A stretch of 64,000 nt of DNA from an uncultured Acidobacteriota bacterium (GTDB taxonomy: Bacteria > Acidobacteriota > UBA6911). A program made the translations under genes and the position numbers. The stretch spans positions 50,894-114,893 of the forward strand of contig CAWEJX010000021.1 of NCBI GenBank assembly GCA_963809485.1, read 5' to 3'. The notes beneath the pieces are model-generated. The model saw nothing but the letters and a program-made list of their open reading frames with translations. It was not told the DNA's origin and ran no database searches. This document shows, in pieces, positions 58,016 through 64,000 of the stretch. Position 1 is the first letter of the stretch, and each line of letters begins with the position of its first letter.

Positions 58016-58141
58016 TCAATCGCCTCTGTACTCGAGCAGATCGCCCGGCTGGCATTCAAGCTCGCGGCAAAGCGCCGCCAGTGTGGAGAAACGGATAGCG
58101 CGCGCTTTATTGGTTTTGAGAATGGTAAATCTGGCTGCGTT
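58016..58141 (-). pseudogene. C-terminal ~40 codons of a small XRE/HTH_26-like regulator, 5' part replaced by a repeat element
   Basis: The minus-strand frame reads ...NAARFTILKTNKARAIRFSTLAALCRELECQPGDLLEYRGD then a stop at 58018..58016. Upstream it runs directly into the 3' end of repeat copy F, with no start codon. Confidence 0.5.
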
Positions 58142-58142
58142 G

Positions 58143-58312
58143 CATAATTACATTGGTAAACCCCCGGCTCTCCCGGGGGACTCAAAGAGTTTGACAGCTC
58201 CATATTTTGAAACGCCGAGAAACGCTGACAAAAGCGCTGACAAACGCCGATTTGTTCGGCGAGGGTCGGCGAGCAAAAGCCGGTGAGGCGCTTCCGATGG
58301 AGTTTTCTGCGG
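58143..58312 (-). repeat. ~200-bp repeat family, copy F (long-form type, 5'-truncated)
   Basis: The reverse complement matches the right half of copy B, including one arm of the nested insert (ccgcagaaaactccatcggaagcgcctca.cggcttttgctcgccgacc) and the gtttaccaatgtaatta tail. Confidence 0.8.
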
Positions 58313-58402
58313 TATATTCCCGATATCCGTATCGGATAAGCACAACCGGCAATTTCCGGCAGCGCCGGTGGATTGCCGATTCACCTATTCAAGGAGCGGC
58401 CT

Positions 58403-59089
58403 TTGCCCAACGGGATCGGCACATTGAATGAGAAGCCGCTGCACGCAGCCTTGAAGCAGTGGTATGCACAGCCTGAAGATCTGATAGAGGTTCCCGTAGA
58501 CGGATTCACGGTGGATATCGTCCGGGGCGATCTGCTGATTGAAATACAGACGCGCAACCTGTCGACCATCCGGCACAAGCTGACAACCCTGGCGGCGCAA
58601 CACCGTTTGCGGCTGGTTTACCCGATGGCGCGAGACCGCTGGATTGTGCGCCAGTCCGGGAACGGCCGTCGGACGCTCGGCCGGCGCAGGTCACCCAAGC
58701 GCGGCGCTTTTGAACTTGTATTTGAGGAGTTGGTGAGCATCGCGGGACTGCTTGCCCATCCCAACTTTTCGCTCCAGCTGGTGCTTATTCAGGAGGAGCA
58801 AGTCCGGCGCCGGGACACCTCCGGCAGCTGGCGGCGAAAGGGGTGGGCCATGCACGAGCGGCGGCTGATCGAGGTTGTAGATCAACGGCTGTTCGAAACG
58901 CCCCAGGACATGCTGGCGTTCATCCCAGACGCCCTGGCGGAGCCCTTCACCACGGCGGACCTCGCCGAAGCAATCGGCCATCCCGTCTGGTTCGCGCAAA
59001 AGATGGCTTATTGCCTGCGTACAATGGGAGCCATCGCCTTTGTTGGCAAACGCGGCCGAAGCATGCTTTACATTCGGGCAGCCGCGTGA
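58403..59089 (+). CDS. conserved hypothetical protein, possibly PD-(D/E)xK nuclease-fold
   Basis: ORF 58373..59089. TTG 58403 is preceded by AAGGAG. GTLNEKPLHAALKQWY...VDGFTVDIVRGDLLIEIQT resembles a restriction-endonuclease-like core (inference). Confidence 0.5.
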   Translation: MPNGIGTLNEKPLHAALKQWYAQPEDLIEVPVDGFTVDIVRGDLLIEIQTRNLSTIRHKLTTLAAQHRLRLVYPMARDRWIVRQSGNGRRTLGRRRSPKRGAFELVFEELVSIAGLLAHPNFSLQLVLIQEEQVRRRDTSGSWRRKGWAMHERRLIEVVDQRLFETPQDMLAFIPDALAEPFTTADLAEAIGHPVWFAQKMAYCLRTMGAIAFVGKRGRSMLYIRAAA

Positions 59090-59194
59090 CATTTTGCTTC
59101 AATGGCTGAAGGATAGTTATTGTCTGCCGAAAATGATAAAAAAGGCGCGAGCGCTCATTGCATTGGAGCGGACTCGTCAATATAGGGAAAGACA

Positions 59195-59371
59195 ATGCTC
59201 GGCGATGATGAGATTATGGCGATCGGCTTAACATTTTTGCTTTGGCTTTCGGCGCTCGTGCTCTTCGTGTTTCGAAGGCGCCGGACAGCAGGAGTGATCG
59301 CCGCGATCGCCATCGCGGCGACGATGGCCACGCTGCTCCTTTTGCGCGCAGGAACGGGCCACAGGGGCTGA
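59195..59371 (+). CDS. 58-aa two-TM membrane peptide (speculative; below ORF-track cutoff)
   Basis: My own translation: MLGDDEIMAIGLTFLLWLSALVLFVFRRRRTAGVIAAIAIAATMATLLLLRAGTGHRG. Confidence 0.25.
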   Translation: MLGDDEIMAIGLTFLLWLSALVLFVFRRRRTAGVIAAIAIAATMATLLLLRAGTGHRG

Positions 59372-59490
59372 CATGCTTGGTGCGGTCTGAAGCGTACCAA
59401 CAGCGAGGGATCGAAGCTTTATGCCGGGTCGCCGCACGATCGAGCGCCCCAAACACCCGGTTCGAGTCAAGTCACAAAGGATTCTGAAGT

Positions 59491-59652
59491 ATGAAAAACC
59501 TTGATCAGTCGTTGGGCCGGTTATTGTGGCGGTTTTTTGCTGTACTCGCGTTTCTGGCGTTCGCGGGGTGTGCGGTATTCGGCGCAATTGTTTTGCGCGC
59601 CGGGCATTTTCCGGGAATCCTGGTATGGCTGCTGGGCGCGCTGTTTCTCTAG
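59491..59652 (+). CDS. 53-aa two-TM membrane peptide (speculative; below ORF-track cutoff)
   Basis: My own translation: MKNLDQSLGRLLWRFFAVLAFLAFAGCAVFGAIVLRAGHFPGILVWLLGALFL. Confidence 0.25.
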   Translation: MKNLDQSLGRLLWRFFAVLAFLAFAGCAVFGAIVLRAGHFPGILVWLLGALFL

Positions 59653-59931
59653 CTCGGCCGCCGGGCCTGGCGCGAAAAGGCGGGTCTGGGTGAATCGCTG
59701 AACCGGGACTTCGCGCCCATGGCCAGGAGCAGCCGGAAGTCTCCCGGCGACGGTGAAAAGCCGCGCGCGCGAATGGGTCGGTAATCCGCCGGAATCCGGT
59801 GCCTGCAGAAACATGCAGCGCCGGCATTCGCGGGCAGAGACGCTGACAAACATTGATTCCGGGGGTGAAGGTCAGCGTCATAAACCGACAGGGCACTAAC
59901 GATGGAGCGCTCTGCGGCCCCTCGAACCGGA

Positions 59932-60897
59932 TCAGCCGATCTCTTCGATTTCTTCCGGGCTTAGCCTGAAATCCGCGGCGCCGATGACGCCATCCACCTG
60001 AGAAGGGCGGCGCACTCCGACGATTGCCCCGGTGACTGCCGGATGCCGCAGCGTCCAGGCGACTGCAACTTCACCCGGCGAACGCCCATGCCTCAGACCG
60101 ATCCTGCGGAGCTTTTCGACCAGCAGCAGATTCTGCGTCAGCTTCGGTTCCCGGAAATCCGGATTTTGCCGGCGCCAGTCATCCTGGGGCAGCGATTCAA
60201 TGCGTTCGCGCGTCATTGCGCCTGTAAGCAATCCCGATTGCATCGGAGAATAAACGATGACCCCGATATTGTGCGACGCGCAATAGGGCAGGATTTCATT
60301 CTCGATCCCGCGCGATACTATTGAATAGGGGGGTTGAAGAGAACTGATCGGCGCGATCGAACGAATGCGCTCCATTTGGGCAACGCTGAAGTTGGACACC
60401 CCGATATGCTGGACCTTCCCTGCTCTTTTCATGTCCGCCAAAGTGCTCCACGCCTCTTCAATGCCGGGGGCGGACCCGCCTTCCGGAGCAAATGAAAAAT
60501 CGGGCCAGTGAATCTGGTAGAGATCGATTGCTTCCGCGCGCAGCCGTTTGAGGCTTGCCTCGAGTTCCTTCCGCAGTGAAGCCGGTTCGAGGTTATGGGC
60601 AATTCTCCCCTTCTCATCCCATACGAGGCTGCATTTGGTAAAAACCAGGGGTTTTCGGGATGGCGGAATTTCGGCCAGGGCTCTCGCGACAATCTCTTCC
60701 GAATGCCCCAATCCGTAAGCGGCTGCCGTGTCAATCCAGTTAATACCAAGGTCCAGGGCACGGTGGATTGCGGCAATGGACTCCCCGTCATCCTGCGGCC
60801 CCCATGCGAAGGCCCATCCGCCGCCCCCCATCGCCCATGCCCCAAGGCCAATGGAAGTGATTTTGTATCCGGTATTACCCAACAATCGATTTTCCAT
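59932..60897 (-). CDS. aldo/keto reductase
   Basis: 321 aa with the LGLGAWAMGG, DTAAAYG and LYQIHWPD motifs. Confidence 0.9.
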   Translation of the reverse strand: MENRLLGNTGYKITSIGLGAWAMGGGGWAFAWGPQDDGESIAAIHRALDLGINWIDTAAAYGLGHSEEIVARALAEIPPSRKPLVFTKCSLVWDEKGRIAHNLEPASLRKELEASLKRLRAEAIDLYQIHWPDFSFAPEGGSAPGIEEAWSTLADMKRAGKVQHIGVSNFSVAQMERIRSIAPISSLQPPYSIVSRGIENEILPYCASHNIGVIVYSPMQSGLLTGAMTRERIESLPQDDWRRQNPDFREPKLTQNLLLVEKLRRIGLRHGRSPGEVAVAWTLRHPAVTGAIVGVRRPSQVDGVIGAADFRLSPEEIEEIG

Positions 60898-61204
60898 TTT
60901 TCCTCCGCTGGTGAAACAAAGGAAGGATCGTCCTCAATTTCCTCTCACGCGAAACAGTATAAATGGGCAGACAATGAAAATGAATGATATCCCTCTGACG
61001 GCAACTCTGAGCGATTTGGATGCGTTAACAAAATAAATCGAGCAAGGAATAATTTATCGGTGGCGCGGCAGACTCCCTATCCACGCATCAAAGCTGAAAC
61101 TGATTGTCCCATCTGGTATGATTTTGGCATCGCTCCTGTAGTGACCGACCTTAATCCATACCGTGGGAGCCACGGAATCTGATTTCAAGCAGGGGAAACA
61201 AACC

Positions 61205-61924
61205 ATGGGGAAAAAATTTAGCAATATCGATCGCCGGGCCTTCATAAACAGTGCGGCACTGTGCCTGGCAGGCTCCGCCGCCCCTCCTGTCCGGCAGCTT
61301 TATGCCGGCCAGCTTCAGCCGACACCGCGTCAGACAGAAGGGCCTTTTTATCCGGATAAAATGCCGCCGGATACCGACAACGATCTTCTGATTATCAACG
61401 ACAGATCTGCTACCGCGGCCGGCGCGATCACGTATCTGTCCGGGCGCGTCCTTGACATACGCGGCGAGCCGGTACGCAATGCCGTCGTCGAAATCTGGCA
61501 GTGCGACAACAACGGCAGGTACATGCACATGGGGGACAATAATCCGGGAACCCGGGACATGAATTTTCAGGGGTTTGGCCGTTTCACAACCGGTCCGACC
61601 GGGGAATATTTCTTTCGTACCATCAAGCCGGTGCCCTATCCGGGACGCACACCCCATATACACCTCCTCGTCCGGGTGGGCGGAAAGCGCATGCTGACCA
61701 CGCAGGTTTACATCAAGGGTTTTCCCCAGAACGAACGCGACTTCCTTTACCGCAGCCTCAGCGCGCCGCAACTGGCTTCGGCGGATTTCAAACCCCTCGC
61801 AGGCTCGGCACAGGGTGAACTGACTGCGCATTTTGATGTTGTGCTCAGCCCGGCGCCGGAAGACCCCAGAGAAGACCGGATGCGAGATATGGATCGTCCG
61901 CAGGGAATGGGACGACGCGGATAA
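61205..61924 (+). CDS. intradiol ring-cleavage dioxygenase-like protein with Tat-type signal
   Basis: ORF 61163..61924; the start MGKKFSNIDRRAFINSAALCLAG is at 61205. Protocatechuate-dioxygenase-like pattern: EIWQCDNNGRY...GRTPHIH. Confidence 0.7.
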   Translation: MGKKFSNIDRRAFINSAALCLAGSAAPPVRQLYAGQLQPTPRQTEGPFYPDKMPPDTDNDLLIINDRSATAAGAITYLSGRVLDIRGEPVRNAVVEIWQCDNNGRYMHMGDNNPGTRDMNFQGFGRFTTGPTGEYFFRTIKPVPYPGRTPHIHLLVRVGGKRMLTTQVYIKGFPQNERDFLYRSLSAPQLASADFKPLAGSAQGELTAHFDVVLSPAPEDPREDRMRDMDRPQGMGRRG

Positions 61925-61964
61925 GAAGCGTGGGCCGCGGACTCCGGTTTTGGGAAGCAAGAAG

Positions 61965-62558
61965 ATGGAGTGTGCCACGATGCCGACACAACCTGCCAAA
62001 CTGACGTTTCACCCTGTCACGCCAAACGCCTGGAAGGACTTTGAGAAGCTGTTCGGTCCGAACGGCGCCTGCGCCGGATGCTGGTGCATGTGGTGGCGAT
62101 TATCGCGCGCGGAGTTCAGCAAAAGGCACTACGCAGGAAACAAGCGCGCCATGAAGAAGATTATCGTAACAGGTCAGGAACCGGGCATCCTTGCATACGC
62201 CGGGGATGAACCGGTTGGCTGGTGTGCTGTCGCGCCGCGCGAAGCCTATCCCTCGCTGGAGCGCTCCACCGTCCTGCAACGGGTAGACGATCAGCCTGTG
62301 TGGTCCATCACGTGCTTCTACGTGGCTCGCAGCTATCGCAAGCGAGGTGTGGCGCGGCAGCTGCTTGAGGCTGCCGTCAAGTTTGCCGCCAAGCGCGGGG
62401 CAATAATTGTCGAAGGGTATCCCATTGATTCGGGCAATCAAAAGAAAAACCCCATATCCATCTTTACCGGTCTGGCCACAACCTTCGCGCAGAGTGGTTT
62501 CGCGGAGGTCGCGCGCCGCTCGCCCGGTCGTCCCATCATGCGCTATTTCATCAGGTGA
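61965..62558 (+). CDS. GNAT family N-acetyltransferase
   Basis: ORF 61833..62558 with a plausible start at MECATMPTQ. Acetyl-CoA motif region: VARSYRKRGVARQLLEAAV. Confidence 0.65.
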   Translation: MECATMPTQPAKLTFHPVTPNAWKDFEKLFGPNGACAGCWCMWWRLSRAEFSKRHYAGNKRAMKKIIVTGQEPGILAYAGDEPVGWCAVAPREAYPSLERSTVLQRVDDQPVWSITCFYVARSYRKRGVARQLLEAAVKFAAKRGAIIVEGYPIDSGNQKKNPISIFTGLATTFAQSGFAEVARRSPGRPIMRYFIR

Positions 62559-62681
62559 TCGATCTTAAGCCGACAACCTCGAGCAAAACCCGAAAACGCC
62601 CGGGGCTCCAAGCCTCATCTTGGCAGCGGCGCGCCCATCGCGCCAATATCACGGCCTGCATTTCCCGCAGGATTTTCCCGG

Positions 62682-62722
62682 ATTCTGCGGTTCGACATTC
62701 GAAATCCGATATTCAGAATTTC
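62682..62722 (+). repeat. ~35-nt motif family, copy 3
   Basis: attctgcggttcgacattcgaaatccgatattcagaatttc. Confidence 0.75.
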
Positions 62723-62831
62723 GCTGTGCCTATATTCCTGGTTGCTGTCAGAGCACCGGGGAAAAGGCATGTTCCGGCTCATGTCAAATGGATGCTGCCT
62801 CGCCGGCAGAGCCGATAGATTTCGCGAGCGA

Positions 62832-63773
62832 TTATGCCATCCTTTTTTCTTCGGTCTCGATCAACGCCACGAACACGTCTTCGAGCGAAGGCTGGATTTT
62901 TTCGATCCGCTGGATTTCTATGCCTTCGGCCTCGAGGCGCGTGCGGATGGTTTCCAGGCCGGCCTCGAGCTCATCCGCCGTCACGTGCAACCCCCCGCCG
63001 AACACCGCCACATCTCCGACACCGGGGGCCGTTTCCAGCGCCCGCATCGTTTCCAGCGGCGCCGAAGTGTCGAGCCGGATCAGCGTGCGGCTGCTCAGGT
63101 TTGCGCGCAATTCCGATGGAGCGCCCAGCGCAATCACGCGCCCCCGGTACATCAGTGCCAGGCGGTGACAGTACTCGGCTTCATCCATGTAATGCGTGCT
63201 GACGAAAATGGTGTGGCCGGTGCGGGCCATTTCGCGGATGAGGTCCCAGAATGCCGAGCGCGCTATGGGATCGACTCCGGAAGTGGGTTCGTCCAGAAAG
63301 AGGATGGGCGGATCATGCAGGATGGCGCAACCCAGCGCCAGGCGCTGTTTCCAGCCGCCCGACAGAGTGCGGGTCATGGAATCGCGGCGCTCGGCCAGCC
63401 CGGCCATTTCCAGCACATATTTCTTGCGTTCCCCGCGGCGCTCCCGGGCCACGCCGTACATCCCGGCGAAAAAGTCGATGTTCTGCTCCACCGTGAGGTC
63501 GTCATAAAGAGAGAACTTCTGCGACATGTAGCCGATGTTGCGGCGGACTTCCTCGGGATTCTGCGCCACATCCACGTTGCCCACCAGGGCCCGCCCGGAC
63601 GTGGGGGTCAGCAGGCCGCAAAGCATCCGGATGGTCGTGGATTTCCCCGCCCCGTTCGGCCCCAGGAAACCAAAAATTTCCCCCTTCCCTATCCGCAGGG
63701 AAACCCGGTCCACCGCCACGAAAGCGCCGAAGGTTTTGACCAGTTCATCGGTTTCCACAGCCCAGCCGTTCAT
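62832..63773 (-). CDS. ABC transporter ATP-binding protein
   Basis: ORF 62832..63872; start MNGWAVETDEL at 63773. Walker A GPNGAGKST, signature LSGGWKQRL, Walker B ILFLDEPTSG. Confidence 0.9.
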   Translation of the reverse strand: MNGWAVETDELVKTFGAFVAVDRVSLRIGKGEIFGFLGPNGAGKSTTIRMLCGLLTPTSGRALVGNVDVAQNPEEVRRNIGYMSQKFSLYDDLTVEQNIDFFAGMYGVARERRGERKKYVLEMAGLAERRDSMTRTLSGGWKQRLALGCAILHDPPILFLDEPTSGVDPIARSAFWDLIREMARTGHTIFVSTHYMDEAEYCHRLALMYRGRVIALGAPSELRANLSSRTLIRLDTSAPLETMRALETAPGVGDVAVFGGGLHVTADELEAGLETIRTRLEAEGIEIQRIEKIQPSLEDVFVALIETEEKRMA

Positions 63774-64000
63774 GGCGCCTCCCGGGCTCTGGCCGCGCGC
63801 ACGGTCTCGACGAATACGGCCTCCAGGCTGAGACCGCCCAAGTCGCGTTTCAGCGCTTCCGGGGCATCGCAACGGATCAGTTGGCCCCGGTACATCAGTC
63901 CCACGCGATTGCAGCGTTCGGCTTCGTCGAGATAAGCCGTGGTCATCAGGATTGTGATTCCTTCCTTCAGCAACTGGTAAAGGATGGTCCAGAAATCGCG
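63770..64000 (-). CDS. ABC transporter ATP-binding protein, C-terminal part (5' end off window)
   Basis: ...ILMTTAYLDEAERCNRVGLMYRGQLI.... The stop overlaps the downstream start (ATGA), a tandem-ATPase arrangement. Confidence 0.7.
   Translation of the reverse strand, partial: RDFWTILYQLLKEGITILMTTAYLDEAERCNRVGLMYRGQLIRCDAPEALKRDLGGLSLEAVFVETVRAARAREAP

Overview
This is a 64-kb bacterial window with moderate, visibly mosaic GC content. I recognised no rRNA, tRNA or CRISPR array. All family calls come from reading the translated ORFs from memory; no search was run. The gene content is an RdhA-like Fe-S protein, a TolB-propeller Ser/Thr kinase, many secreted NTF2/SnoaL proteins and a UxxC selenoprotein candidate. 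That mix suggests an uncultivated soil or sediment bacterium; Acidobacteriota- or Desulfobacterota-like is only a guess.

Layout:
- 0-9.4 kb: redox enzymes, an intact IS1634-family element with 48-bp terminal inverted repeats, a GH38 remnant and a large kinase.
- 9.6-18.1 kb: a mosaic accessory segment bracketed by two inverted copies of a ~295-nt hairpin-rich repeat. It carries a truncated serine recombinase, fic, two methyltransferases and an AAA-ATPase/phosphoesterase pair.
- 18-34 kb: small enzymes, phage-tail-like remnants, a coiled-coil protein and a methyltransferase-rich stretch.
- 34.7-38.7 kb: a translationally coupled GT2-GT2-GT4-radical SAM operon.
- 39.7-48.4 kb: PadR, BON and lipoprotein genes, then a candidate selenoprotein (in-frame UGA, U-S-S-C motif).
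- 48.7-57.9 kb: a complete kdp locus (kinase, kdpE, kdpFABC, two KdpD-N paralogs) riddled with frameshifts.
- 58-64 kb: housekeeping-type enzymes and ABC ATPases.

Two further noncoding repeat families recur through the window: a ~200-bp multi-hairpin element (6 copies) and a ~35-nt motif (3 copies).

The most interesting items are the selenoprotein candidate, the structured repeat families and the bracketed island, the indel-decayed kdp regulon, and a promoter/leader block shared by two unrelated genes.
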